Assembly: GCA_045106555.1 (NCBI GenBank) | Contig: JBGCET010000035.1 | Span: 3,551-67,550, forward strand | Source of the DNA: Lysobacterales bacterium | GTDB taxonomy: Bacteria; Pseudomonadota; Gammaproteobacteria; Xanthomonadales; SZUA-38 | Reading direction: 5' to 3' | Length of the DNA: 64,000 bases | Part shown: positions 25,435 through 35,733 of the stretch, one piece after another | Layout of the letters: each line of letters starts with the position of its first letter | How positions within the stretch are numbered: position 1 is the stretch's first letter | Notes under the pieces: model-generated | The model's database searches: none | What the model was told of the DNA's origin: nothing | Seen by the model: only the letters and a program-made list of their open reading frames with translations | Translations under genes and position numbers: made by a program

Positions 25435-26477
25435 TCCCATAACCAGCCGGAGGCACGGGTGAGGGCTTCGGCCGTCGCATAGTGGTCAGCCAGTGCGGAC
25501 ATAGGCTGGCGTGATTCGGCAAAGTCACCGAACAGGGATTGCGCAGCCGACGACCGTGCGCCATCAACGATGGGGAACTCTCTGCCCCTTTCCACCAACA
25601 GCCGTTGACTGGCGGGGCGAACCAAATATTCCATAAACTGAAGCGCCTGAGCGGCATTTTCTGCCCCTTTCGCCATTCCAACGGCGCTGATATTCATATG
25701 GACACCTTGGCCATCGATTCCCGTAGCGAGAGGTTTGACCGTTTCCAGCAGATCTCGGGTCAGCTGGCCGGCCTCTGGAGACAGCGGGTGATAACGCAAG
25801 TCCATCAGGCGGTGATAGTAGTAGCTGTTGGCGATGGCGATATCGCAGACGCCCTGGGCAACGCCGCTGAGCTGAGCCATGTCCAGATCAACCGGCTGAC
25901 GGGCAAAGTTCTTGACCAGTGCCTGAGCGAAGGCCGCCGTAACGGATTCGCCTTTGCTGGCAATCATCGATGCCAATAGCGACTGCACATAAACCTTGTT
26001 CGCAGTTCTGACGCAAATGCGTCCACGCCAGCGCTCATCAGTCAGCGATTGAAGACTGATGATGGTGTTGGGATCTACCCGATCAGCGGCGTAAAAAACA
26101 CTGCGGCTCCATTTGCTAATGCCAAACCACAGATTTTTTGGATGGCGAAAATGAGCCGGTACCGCGTTCTCGAGGACGCCTGAGGTCACCGGTTCCAGTA
26201 CCCCAGCCTTTACCAGCGCGGCAAGACGCTTAGCCTCCAGGGAAAGCACAACATCAACGGGTTGCTTGCCACTGGTTAGCGTTTCCAGAACCTGTTTTGC
26301 CGATTGATAGGTTACCTCCACCGCAACCCCGGTTTCCTGCTCAAACACCTCAACGACCGGCGAGAGCGTAGAGGGGTTCTGGTAGGCCAGGATGTGTAAA
26401 GGTTGAGCCGCAATGAGGCCGCTAACGCCGCATAGTCCCAGTGCAATGGTCACTCGTTGGAAAAATCTGTGGGTCAT
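25431..26477 (-). CDS. Periplasmic solute-binding protein, Fe(3+)-type (family 1 SBP)
   Basis: Signal peptide VTIALGLCGVSGLIAAQP. The length and pattern resemble AfuA/FbpA-like SBPs. No cognate permease or ATPase gene is adjacent. Confidence 0.6.
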   Translation of the reverse strand: MTHRFFQRVTIALGLCGVSGLIAAQPLHILAYQNPSTLSPVVEVFEQETGVAVEVTYQSAKQVLETLTSGKQPVDVVLSLEAKRLAALVKAGVLEPVTSGVLENAVPAHFRHPKNLWFGISKWSRSVFYAADRVDPNTIISLQSLTDERWRGRICVRTANKVYVQSLLASMIASKGESVTAAFAQALVKNFARQPVDLDMAQLSGVAQGVCDIAIANSYYYHRLMDLRYHPLSPEAGQLTRDLLETVKPLATGIDGQGVHMNISAVGMAKGAENAAQALQFMEYLVRPASQRLLVERGREFPIVDGARSSAAQSLFGDFAESRQPMSALADHYATAEALTRASGWLWD

Positions 26478-26561
26478 CAGAGGGAGGTCCTGGCCGTTAA
26501 TTCTTTATGGATGGCTTTGGTAGCAAATGATGGTGTCGTTTGCCGGCAAATCTCAAAACGA

Positions 26562-27227
26562 CTACACGCCTGGCTTCATTACGCTCAGCACAACAATACC
26601 AATGATGAAAGCCCAGAGCAGCAACAGTACCGATGTTGCCTGCCGATAGGTCCGATGAATATGTTGATTGTTTTCATCGGTGTTTTGGCCCTGTTGCATC
26701 ACAGACCAAACGGCGAACTGGCGAATGAGAACCAGCCGGATACCCAAGCCACAGGCAATGACGCCAGCAAATAGACCCAGTTTCCAGCGTAGCCACTGCC
26801 CCATAGGCCAGGCGTCAAATAGCAGCCCCAGCGCTACCGCAGTGAGACTGATAACCAGGATATAACGCATCCAGCGGTCCAAAGTGGCGAGCCCTTTGCC
26901 CAAGGCGGAGGCGCGCCTGCGGTGCACAATCTCAACAAAGATCAGCCACAGTGCAGTGACCGCGCCGGCGGCCATCAGTGTTGCATTGCCGCCTGGAATG
27001 TCGCCACGAATGGCGGCCAAACCGGTGCCCAAACCCGCCTGCAGAATCAGCGCATAGCGCACGTGTTGATCCACCTGCATAACGTGGTCCATGAGGCGCA
27101 TTCGCTCTGCCATGGGCATGTGTCGGCCAAGGCAGACATAGCGATAGGTGGAGTTGATCACAAACTCGGCGCCCAGCCAGTAGCCCAGCACCGCGATGTG
27201 AAAAACCAAAAGCCATGTGTAGGTCAT
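26562..27227 (-). CDS. Integral membrane protein, unknown function
   Basis: 221 aa with about 6 hydrophobic helices. Same strand as the flanking genes. Confidence 0.5.
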   Translation of the reverse strand: MTYTWLLVFHIAVLGYWLGAEFVINSTYRYVCLGRHMPMAERMRLMDHVMQVDQHVRYALILQAGLGTGLAAIRGDIPGGNATLMAAGAVTALWLIFVEIVHRRRASALGKGLATLDRWMRYILVISLTAVALGLLFDAWPMGQWLRWKLGLFAGVIACGLGIRLVLIRQFAVWSVMQQGQNTDENNQHIHRTYRQATSVLLLLWAFIIGIVVLSVMKPGV

Positions 27228-27266
27228 GTTACGTGCGGTATTGCAAGCTGCGCGACTTCCTAAGAG

Positions 27267-27797
27267 TCACGAGCGGGATCGCGGTTCGGTTTTATAAAAG
27301 TGCGGTTGGTCGTAGGACTGCCAGTCCCGGGACGTCCGGCGTTCGTTGATCAGTGTGCGCTGAAACAGGCGATCTTTGCGGTACCAGTGCCAGGTTCGAT
27401 TGCGGCTTTCGCCATCTTCTGACACGGTAATAATTTCGTAGTACCGAAAGCCCGGTTCAGATGGGCGAGTCCAACCCACCATCAAGGTGCGTCCTGTAGG
27501 GTCCAGGCTGATGGCCCCGGTCCAGCCGGTGATCAGCTCATTGTCCAATCGAATATGACCATCATGATAGTCGCCTTCGAAGTAGCGAACCTCCTGTTCA
27601 CCGTCGGCCCAGGTGTAGATGTTGGTTTGTTTGATCACCCCAGGGGCGTCATCAGTGTCTTGGTCGTGCAGTCTCACCAGCAGCTGGGATTGGTGCCGGT
27701 CAAATTCCTGATGATTTAAATCGACGTGAACGTATTCGCCTTCCCAGACGCCGGCCATATCGGCGATCAGCGGTTGAGTTTGTGCAACGATGCCCAT
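27267..27797 (-). CDS. Hypothetical protein (beta-rich, calycin-like pattern)
   Basis: ATG at 27797; the alternative ATG at 27824 opens the maximal ORF. Contains the GVWEGEY motif. No confident family call. Confidence 0.45.
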   Translation of the reverse strand: MGIVAQTQPLIADMAGVWEGEYVHVDLNHQEFDRHQSQLLVRLHDQDTDDAPGVIKQTNIYTWADGEQEVRYFEGDYHDGHIRLDNELITGWTGAISLDPTGRTLMVGWTRPSEPGFRYYEIITVSEDGESRNRTWHWYRKDRLFQRTLINERRTSRDWQSYDQPHFYKTEPRSRS

Positions 27798-28007
27798 GAT
27801 TTCTCCGATGCCGACCGGCGGCATTTGTTGAGGTGACTAACAACAAGAGCATACAAGTTAACCACCCGCTTTGGCGACCGTCAGCCTTTATCCGCGGAAC
27901 GTTGATAGAATCCAGAACAAACACCACGTAAACAACGGCTGCTGGGGATTGGCGCAATGCCACTTTCCCGTTCAACGCCGGATCGACATATGGGGAAACA
28001 GGGGAAC

Positions 28008-29468
28008 ATGGCAAAGGTTATTGCGTTGGCACTGGTGCTGGCCGTCTGTTTGTTTGCCGGTGGCTATGAGTCCCAGCTGCAGGCGCTACTGGGAGTCAGC
28101 GACAATGCATCTGTGGCGACGGGGTTGAGTCAGTTCCTGCAGGTCTTGAGCTGGTTGGCTGGCGCGCTGCTGCTCAACGTGCTGATTCGCAAGCTGCTGT
28201 GGGAAGGCGCCGTGCGCCGCGCAATCGGCCACGATGTGCCGCTGCTGTTGATGCAGCTATCCAACGTTGCGGTGCTGTTTATCGTCATCTTGATCATCGT
28301 CCACAGCGTGTTCGATGCTAGCGTGCTGGGTTTTCTGACTGCCCTGGGCGCGGTTAGCGTGGTTATCGCCTTTGGTCTACGAGGCCTGGTGTCGGATCTG
28401 TTTACGGGCCTTGCGATCAACATTGAGCAACCGTTTCAGATTGGCGACTGGATCGCCTTTTACGATACCCAGGGCGGTCGCCACGTTGGCCAAGTCAAAC
28501 AAATCAACTGGCGAACCACCCACCTGGTGGCTGAGAACCAAAACTATCTGGTCATCCCTAATCGGGAAATTGGCGACTCCACCCTGATTAACTACTGGCG
28601 ACCGCGACACGCCAATCGCTTCGAGTTCACCCTGACCCTGGACTACGCCGTAGCGGTTGAGGAGGCTCGGCGAATTCTCCTGGCAGCTGTCACCTCAGTC
28701 ACTGACTCGCCAGGATTCGACAGCACCTTAAAGCCTCAAGTACTGATTGATGAGCTGGATGACGACGGCGTGCGTTATAAAGTTCGATATTGGATTAAGC
28801 CGTGGGACGGCACCTCACCCTCATTGTCCCGGGATCTGATTCAGACCCACATTCTCAAACACCTCAGGTTGGCAGGAATTACACCAGCCTATTCCAAGCT
28901 GGAGCACTTTCAGCAGCCCAAGCCCGAAGTGTTGACCGCAGGGACCCAGGCCCATTTGAGCATGCGTCAGATGTTGGGGCTAATGGAGTTCTTTGCTCCG
29001 CTGAACGACGATGAGCTTGATCAAGTCGTGGCTAAAAGCGCAACGGGTTCATGGCAGGAAGGTGACACTCTGTTAACTCAGGGGGAAGAAGGGGCCTCCA
29101 TGTTTGTTGTGCTGCAGGGATTGCTGGATGTGTGGCTGCAGTCTGAACAGGGAGAAGATATTCGAGTAGCGCGGATTGAGGCGGGAGAGTTTTTTGGCGA
29201 GATGTCTCTACTTACTGGCGCGCCGCGAGGCGCCACCATTCGCGCGGCAACACCGGTATTGACGCTGGAAATCACCAAGCCGGTAATGCAGGAGTTGCTG
29301 GCTGATCGTCCTTCTCTGGGAGAACGGATCTCCGAGGTGGTGGCCCGCCGCCAGCTTGCCACACAAAAAGCCACCGACCAGCACGCCAGTCGTAACGCGG
29401 ACGTGGACCCGCAAAACGCGGCAGCTCAGCTGTTTGGAAAAATTCGAACGTTTTTCAGTCAGTCCTGA
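28008..29468 (+). CDS. MscS-family mechanosensitive channel fused to a C-terminal cyclic-nucleotide-binding domain
   Basis: ATG at 28008 follows AGGGGAAC. MscS core is GLRGLVSDLFTGLAINIEQPFQIGDWIAF. cNMP domain is FFGEMSLLTGAPRGATIRA. Confidence 0.8.
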   Translation: MAKVIALALVLAVCLFAGGYESQLQALLGVSDNASVATGLSQFLQVLSWLAGALLLNVLIRKLLWEGAVRRAIGHDVPLLLMQLSNVAVLFIVILIIVHSVFDASVLGFLTALGAVSVVIAFGLRGLVSDLFTGLAINIEQPFQIGDWIAFYDTQGGRHVGQVKQINWRTTHLVAENQNYLVIPNREIGDSTLINYWRPRHANRFEFTLTLDYAVAVEEARRILLAAVTSVTDSPGFDSTLKPQVLIDELDDDGVRYKVRYWIKPWDGTSPSLSRDLIQTHILKHLRLAGITPAYSKLEHFQQPKPEVLTAGTQAHLSMRQMLGLMEFFAPLNDDELDQVVAKSATGSWQEGDTLLTQGEEGASMFVVLQGLLDVWLQSEQGEDIRVARIEAGEFFGEMSLLTGAPRGATIRAATPVLTLEITKPVMQELLADRPSLGERISEVVARRQLATQKATDQHASRNADVDPQNAAAQLFGKIRTFFSQS

Positions 29469-29519
29469 GAAAACAACATTGCCTGGATGAAGTGATCTGC
29501 CGCCGAGTGAGCGACGTTT

Positions 29520-31592
29520 TTATTGAAGACTGCGCAACAGCGCCTGAATATTCCGGTTAGTGGGAAACGCCGACGCCAACTGCTGGGCGGTGGTACGGGC
29601 GGACTCCAGCTGACCCGCGTCCCGTTGCAGGGTGGCTAGCGCCCAACCAATGTCAAAGTCATCGGGAAAACGTTCACGGGCCTTCGCCATCAGCGGCAAC
29701 GCAGCAACAGCGTGGCCCGTTGAATTGAGCGCAATGGCGTAGACGTAGATGAATCGAGAATTGTCGGGTGCCAGACTCGAGGCCGTTTTTAACGCGCCCA
29801 AAGCGTCTGGAATACGTTTTTGACGAACCAGGAACAAGCCATAAGCGTGATGGGCTAAAGCCATCCCAGGCAGCACTCTCAGCGCGAGTTGGTAAGCATC
29901 CTCGGCGGCGTCAACATTGCCGGAGCGAGATTCAAGGTCTGCCAGTGCCAGCGCATTGCCTGGCAAAAAACCGTTGGAACGAAGACTGACTCTTGCTTCA
30001 TTCAGGGCGCCACGTAACGCCAGCGAACGCTCCATCGACAGCCGATTCTCGTCAGCTGCCAGCGCATTTGCTGCCTGGATCCGTACCGCCAGGATCGGGT
30101 CGGTCAGCAGCGGGCTGGCGAGCGCGACGCGGCTGGCCGGAGCAAGGGAAGTCACAGAACGTAAGGCGCCAATGCGCAGCAGCGGATTGGGGTCGACTAG
30201 GTGCAGCTCCATGACCTGGGTGGACATGACGCGGGCATCCAACATCGTGAGTGCGGTTGCCCGCACAATGTCTGGTGTTTGCGTATCACTGGCAACAGCA
30301 GCCAATCGCGCGTTGGCCCCTGGGGCGCCTGACCGTGCAGCAGCAAAAGCGCTGCCGAAGTGATCAGGTCGAGTGCCTGCGCCTGGTATTGCAAAGCTGT
30401 GATCTCGCCGGTTGTCAACGCCCATATAGGTGCGGCTTTTCATATGGCACTCCACACAGTTTCCCGCGGTTTCTGCCTGCGAAGACCCATGGTCCAGTTG
30501 GCCAAATCGGGCCGGCAGGTGGCATTGGGCACAGACGCCATTGGGGTTTGCCGGCGTTTTCAGTAGGGTGCTGTGGGGGTTGTGGCAATCGCTGCAGGTC
30601 ACACCGGCCTGATACATGCGGCTTTGCAGGAATGACCCGTAGACGTAAACTTCATCCCGAATCTGGCCGTCATCAAAGTACAGGTTGGCCTCCAGTAATG
30701 CGGGCTGATGGGTGTTGGTGAGAGGCTCGCCAAAGCGGTAATCCACACTGAGGGTACTACGCCTGGCATGACATCGGCCGCAGGCTTCCACTTGTTTAGG
30801 TGAGGCTGCGGGGAGGGAGCGCTGGGCGATTGCGGTATCAGCGTTCATGAGCCATTGAGCCTGGCCCCGGTCGTTCAGCGACAGGGCAAGGCCCAGGTCA
30901 GGCCGGAATTTTTCGGTCCGTGCCTGAGTCACGTGATCTGAGCCGGGTCCATGGCACCCCTCGCAGCCCACAGACACCTCCGAAAACGTTGTGTCAAAGG
31001 TGTTTTCGACGGGGTCGTAGTTCACCTTAAGGTTTGTCGAGTGACACTCGGCACACATCCCGTTCCAGTTAAACATGGGGCCGGCCCAATGCAGCTCATC
31101 GCCCGCCGGCGTGGTCTCATCCAGCAGAAGATCAAACCAGCGTTGTCCGCCCTGATCGGCGGTCCGGCTGTCCCAAGCCACGGTTAGGGCCTGTTTGCGT
31201 CCACCCGCGGTATCCACCAGATACTGTTGCAGCGGATACACGCCAAAGGTGTGGGTGATGGTAAATGTCTTTGGTTCTCCGGCAGTGTCGAACGTTCTGA
31301 TCTGGTATTGCCCGCCGTTGGTTTTGAAGTGAATCTCACCGGCGGAACTTTCGAAGGAATGATTGGCAAAGTTACCTAAAACGGATTGAGGTGTGGCCAC
31401 CTGCATCGCTAACTGATGATGGGAGCCTTGCCATTGCTCGTACGCATCGCTATGACACTCCCCACAAACTTCGCTGGTAACAAATTCCGCCGCCCACCCG
31501 CTGATGGGGCCAGCCAGTGCAAGTAGCCAAACCGCTAGCCATCGAGCTTTTCCCGGGAGTATTGTCTTACGCAAACTTATCGATAGCCTCAA
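29520..31592 (-). CDS. Periplasmic multiheme c-type cytochrome (7 CXXCH) fused to C-terminal TPR repeats
   Basis: Heme motifs CGECH, CAECH, CEGCH, CGRCH, CSDCH, CAQCH and CVECH fall in the first ~400 aa. The C-terminal ~280 aa are TPR-like. TTG start at 31592 (a second TTG at 31574). Signal WLAVWLLALAGPISGWA. Confidence 0.8.
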   Translation of the reverse strand: MRLSISLRKTILPGKARWLAVWLLALAGPISGWAAEFVTSEVCGECHSDAYEQWQGSHHQLAMQVATPQSVLGNFANHSFESSAGEIHFKTNGGQYQIRTFDTAGEPKTFTITHTFGVYPLQQYLVDTAGGRKQALTVAWDSRTADQGGQRWFDLLLDETTPAGDELHWAGPMFNWNGMCAECHSTNLKVNYDPVENTFDTTFSEVSVGCEGCHGPGSDHVTQARTEKFRPDLGLALSLNDRGQAQWLMNADTAIAQRSLPAASPKQVEACGRCHARRSTLSVDYRFGEPLTNTHQPALLEANLYFDDGQIRDEVYVYGSFLQSRMYQAGVTCSDCHNPHSTLLKTPANPNGVCAQCHLPARFGQLDHGSSQAETAGNCVECHMKSRTYMGVDNRRDHSFAIPGAGTRPDHFGSAFAAARSGAPGANARLAAVASDTQTPDIVRATALTMLDARVMSTQVMELHLVDPNPLLRIGALRSVTSLAPASRVALASPLLTDPILAVRIQAANALAADENRLSMERSLALRGALNEARVSLRSNGFLPGNALALADLESRSGNVDAAEDAYQLALRVLPGMALAHHAYGLFLVRQKRIPDALGALKTASSLAPDNSRFIYVYAIALNSTGHAVAALPLMAKARERFPDDFDIGWALATLQRDAGQLESARTTAQQLASAFPTNRNIQALLRSLQ

Positions 31593-32196
31593 TCAGCGCC
31601 TCTGGCGGCTGGGCGCCAACCAGCGCCGCCTTGCCGTCAAAGATAATGGTCGGGACGCCGGTTACGCCCATTTGCCGGTATTGCTCATCGATCTTGCGTA
31701 CCTCGCTCAAATCGCCTTCAAGAATCGATCGACAAACCTCTTCGCTGATGCCGCAGCCTGCTGACAGTTTAACCAGCGTGTCGTCATCGCCGATATCGAC
31801 CGCCGATACAAAAAATCCCTCAAGGATGTTTTCCTTCAGTTGATTTTGTCGTTCCCATTGGCCATCCAGGTGGTGCAGCAGGGTGTGGGATTTGAGCGTA
31901 TTGGGTTGACGGGTGATGGCGTCAAAGGCAAATGCCAAGCCCAGACTGGCGCCGACCTCTCTTAGCTGTTCCACCATTCCTGCCAGGCGGTCGCTGTTAC
32001 CGAACTTCTGTTTCCAGTGAGTTTCCCGATCCACACCTTCCAGCGGCATGTCCGGGTTGAGCTGAAACGGTTGCCAGCGACAGTCCACTGCCACCTCCGG
32101 GCGCGCAGCCAATGCGGCCTCCAGATGACGTTTGCCAACAAAACACCAGGGACACACGGTGTCGGAGACGATGTCGATTCGTAGCGGCTTGGTCAT
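31567..32196 (-). CDS. DsbA-family (FrnE/HCCA-isomerase-like) thiol oxidoreductase
   Basis: ATG at 32196. IDIVSDTVCPWCFVGKRHLE carries the CPWC active site. The 3' end overlaps the cytochrome gene start. Confidence 0.8.
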   Translation of the reverse strand: MTKPLRIDIVSDTVCPWCFVGKRHLEAALAARPEVAVDCRWQPFQLNPDMPLEGVDRETHWKQKFGNSDRLAGMVEQLREVGASLGLAFAFDAITRQPNTLKSHTLLHHLDGQWERQNQLKENILEGFFVSAVDIGDDDTLVKLSAGCGISEEVCRSILEGDLSEVRKIDEQYRQMGVTGVPTIIFDGKAALVGAQPPEALIEAIDKFA

Positions 32197-32394
32197 ATTC
32201 TGCTCACGGTAGGTTCTTCGGCAGTTTGGTGGCAAATCGTTTCAAAGGCAAAAGTTGCATGCCTATTTGTGTATACCCAAATTCGCCTGGTGCACGTTTG
32301 GGCAAACCCTGGTTCTCCTCACGGCATGGCCGACAGGGCCGGCCGAACCCTACCATTTGACGCAAATGACCCAATCCCCTTTGAGGTGCGCTGA

Positions 32395-34680
32395 ATGTCA
32401 CACAAATTACTGAAAACCCCGTTACCTGCGTGCGTGGCGCTGGCGCTAAGTATGCCGGCAGCCGCTCAGCTGGAAGAGATTGTTGTGACCGCGCAAAAGC
32501 GCGAGGAAGGGTTGCAGGATACGGCCATTGCCGTCACCGCCTTTACCGCTGGAGCGATCGAGAACAAAAATATCGTTGATATCTCTGAGTTGGCAAACTT
32601 CACACCTAACCTGGTGTTTGATACGACCTCCCCGGTGAGCGGCCTGTCGTCTGGTGCGGTGATCTTTATCCGCGGCATTGGCAATACCGATTTCAGTCTG
32701 ACTACCGACCCGGGTGTGGGCACCTACGTAGACGGTGTCTATCTGTCCCGCTCTGCCGGCGGCGTTTTTGACGTGTTGGATATCGAGCGCATTGAGGTCC
32801 TTCGGGGTCCCCAGGGGACGTTGTTTGGCCGTAACACCATTGGTGGCGCGATGAGCATCACCTCGCGCAAGCCGGGCCGGGAACTCAGTGGCAGCCTCTC
32901 TGCAACCGCCGGCAATTTTTCGCGCTTTGACGTGCGGGGGTCGCTGGATGTGCCCGTTTCAGAAAAGCTGCTCACCAGTTTTGTGTTTTCCCGAAAATCC
33001 GCCGACGGCTATGTGGATCGGGTGCTCGCCGGTGGTGAGCTGGGTGACCAGGATCGGATCGCGTTTCGTGCCAAAGCCGTGTACGAAGCCACCGACAATC
33101 TCGACTTCCAGTTGACTTACGATTACACAAAAATTGATGAGAACAGTGCAGCGTCAGTCATCCTCGGGTTCACGCCGGGTGCCAGCACCATTGGTTACGA
33201 TCTGTTCCGCGCAGCGTTTGCTCCAGACCTTCCGCCGGTGACAGACTTCTTGCGTAACCCTGAAGATGACGTCAGCTTTACTGATGGACCTACCGGCACT
33301 GACCTTGATTTGAACGGTGTATCGTTCAGCGCAACCTATACAGCCGATAGCTGGGCGCTGAAGTACATAGGCGGATTTCGCGATACCGACGGATCGTTCA
33401 ACCGCGACCCTGATAACACCCCGATCGCCATCACCCACACCTTTAATCCTGAGTATGAGCATGAACAAACCAGCCACGAGCTGCAGTTGACAGGCAACAT
33501 CGGCGATCGACTGCAATACATCGCTGGTGCCTACTTTTTTGAGGAAGACGGCACCGACAACGTGTTTGTGCCCATATTTCTTCCCAACGTTGACGACCCG
33601 GCCAATCCCTTTGGGTTTCCCGCAGCGGTGAATAACTTTGCCACCGTAGACAACTCCAGCGACGCGTTTTTTCTGCAGGGCACCTATGACATAACCGATA
33701 CCGTTTCGGTGACAGCAGGCATTCGTAAAACCGATGACGACAAAGGTTTTCGCTACACCCAGTACATCGCAGCCGATATCGACGGCAATCCGTTGCCAGT
33801 GCCGCTGTCGGCGGTCGACGAAAACGGCAACCTGACCCCAGGGTTAATTCCTATCGTCGGAAACGGTAGCGGCAATGAAACCATTTCCTTTGACGAGACC
33901 ACCGTTCGCCTTGGCCTGGACTGGGCATTTCAAGACAATGCGTTGGTCTACTACAACTACTCAGAAGGTTTTAAGAGTGGCGGCTTTGTCCTGCGCTACG
34001 TTGAGGCCCGACCGGCGCCGCTGACCTTCGACCCTGAGTTTGTTGAGTCCCATGAGATTGGTTTGAAATGGCAGGGTTTTGATGACCGCGTAAGAGTCAA
34101 TACGGCGATTTTTTCCATGGACTATCAGGATGCCCAGGTGACGTTTTTCGACAACCTGGGCGGACCCATTACGGCGAACGCCGGCAGCGTAGACATAACC
34201 GGCTTGGAGTTAGAGGTTACCGCTCTGGTGACAGATAACCTGCTGCTGGAGCTGGCTTACGGATACACCGACGCAGAATATCAGTCGATTCGACCTATCG
34301 GGGGGCTGTCACTAACCATTGATGAAACCGCCAGCCTGGTGAATACGCCAGAAAACTCGCTGCAGCTGGGCGCTGAATACTCCTGGCTGCTGTCCGGTGG
34401 CGGCGATCTGACACTCCGAGGTGACTATATTTACACCGACGATATTTTCAACGATTCACAAAACTCACCGTTTCTGTTCCAAGATGCCTACGACATGGTC
34501 AACCTGGCGCTGTCCTACACGGCTAGCGATGAACGTTGGAGCCTCACCGGGTTCGTCAAGAACGCCACTGACGAGCGATTTATTACCAGTGGAGATTCCA
34601 ATTTCGGTTTGGGCTTTCACGAAGGTAACCTGAATCGACCGCGAGAATACGGCCTGCGTCTGAACTACAACTTTAACTGA
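32395..34680 (+). CDS. TonB-dependent outer-membrane receptor
   Basis: Signal peptide. Plug region LEEIVVTAQKREEGLQDTAIAVTAF and IEVLRGPQGTLFGRNTIGGAMSI. 761 aa barrel. Confidence 0.9.
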   Translation: MSHKLLKTPLPACVALALSMPAAAQLEEIVVTAQKREEGLQDTAIAVTAFTAGAIENKNIVDISELANFTPNLVFDTTSPVSGLSSGAVIFIRGIGNTDFSLTTDPGVGTYVDGVYLSRSAGGVFDVLDIERIEVLRGPQGTLFGRNTIGGAMSITSRKPGRELSGSLSATAGNFSRFDVRGSLDVPVSEKLLTSFVFSRKSADGYVDRVLAGGELGDQDRIAFRAKAVYEATDNLDFQLTYDYTKIDENSAASVILGFTPGASTIGYDLFRAAFAPDLPPVTDFLRNPEDDVSFTDGPTGTDLDLNGVSFSATYTADSWALKYIGGFRDTDGSFNRDPDNTPIAITHTFNPEYEHEQTSHELQLTGNIGDRLQYIAGAYFFEEDGTDNVFVPIFLPNVDDPANPFGFPAAVNNFATVDNSSDAFFLQGTYDITDTVSVTAGIRKTDDDKGFRYTQYIAADIDGNPLPVPLSAVDENGNLTPGLIPIVGNGSGNETISFDETTVRLGLDWAFQDNALVYYNYSEGFKSGGFVLRYVEARPAPLTFDPEFVESHEIGLKWQGFDDRVRVNTAIFSMDYQDAQVTFFDNLGGPITANAGSVDITGLELEVTALVTDNLLLELAYGYTDAEYQSIRPIGGLSLTIDETASLVNTPENSLQLGAEYSWLLSGGGDLTLRGDYIYTDDIFNDSQNSPFLFQDAYDMVNLALSYTASDERWSLTGFVKNATDERFITSGDSNFGLGFHEGNLNRPREYGLRLNYNFN

Positions 34681-34691
34681 GGAATTCGTGC

Positions 34692-35720
34692 ATGAGTGAC
34701 CAACCCCAACTGGTGAAAGCCGCCGCGGTACAGGCAGCGCCTGCGTTCATGGACCTCAAGGCGTCGGTGGAAAAAACGTGCGACTACATCGCAATGGCAG
34801 CGGGACAGGGCTGTGACCTTGTGGCCTTTCCCGAGACCTGGATTCCCGGTTATCCCTGGTACATTTGGCTCAATGCCACTGCCCTGAACATGAAATATTT
34901 TGGTCAGTACCACGCCAACTCCCTGGCCATTGGCAGCGATGAATACGAGACCATTGCTCAGTGTGCCAAGCAACACAACATTTACGTGTCGTTGGGCGCG
35001 AGCGAGCGCGACCATGGCTCTTTGTATATCGCCCAGTTTCTGTTCGGCCGCGACGGGCAAACGCTGGCCACCCGCCGCAAACTCAAACCCACCCACATGG
35101 AGCGCACGGTGTATGGCGATGGCGACGGTTCAGATCTCAAAGTAACCGAAACCGATATTGGCAATATTGGGCAACTGGCCTGCTGGGAGCATCTTCAGCC
35201 CTTAAATCGGTACGCCATGTTCAGCCTGCATGAACAAATTCACGTGGGTGCCTGGCCCTCGTTTAGCATGTATCCCGAGGCGCATGCGTTGGGGCCAGTA
35301 GTGAATACTGCGGCATCATTGACCTACGCGGTGGAGGGAAGTTGTTTTGTTGTTGCCCCTTGCGGCGTGATCTCCCAGGAAATGGTGGACGCCCTGGTAG
35401 AAAACGAAACCCACGCTGCGCTCATGAAAAAAGGCGGCGGTCACGCGCGGATATACGCTCCTGACGGCAGTGCTATGGGAGCCAATATTGACCCGGAAGA
35501 AGAGGGGCTGGTGGTGGCTGACCTGGACTTAAGCGCCATTACCATTGCCAAGTGCTTTGCTGACCCGGTGGGGCACTACTCCCGACCGGACGCCACCGCT
35601 TTACTGTGGAATCAGCAGCCGATGACGCCCACTCGCCCTATGGCCGGTGCCCTACGCGTTGCCAGTCAGACAGACAACGGCGAGGATTGTCCGGCGGACG
35701 GCGACAGCGGTGCCGAGTAG
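34692..35720 (+). CDS. Nitrilase (carbon-nitrogen hydrolase superfamily, branch 1)
   Basis: The E-K-C triad contexts are VAFPETWIPGYP, RRKLKPTH and GQLACWEHLQPL. 342 aa. Confidence 0.85.
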   Translation: MSDQPQLVKAAAVQAAPAFMDLKASVEKTCDYIAMAAGQGCDLVAFPETWIPGYPWYIWLNATALNMKYFGQYHANSLAIGSDEYETIAQCAKQHNIYVSLGASERDHGSLYIAQFLFGRDGQTLATRRKLKPTHMERTVYGDGDGSDLKVTETDIGNIGQLACWEHLQPLNRYAMFSLHEQIHVGAWPSFSMYPEAHALGPVVNTAASLTYAVEGSCFVVAPCGVISQEMVDALVENETHAALMKKGGGHARIYAPDGSAMGANIDPEEEGLVVADLDLSAITIAKCFADPVGHYSRPDATALLWNQQPMTPTRPMAGALRVASQTDNGEDCPADGDSGAE

Positions 35721-35733
35721 CTCCCCGCTGGCG

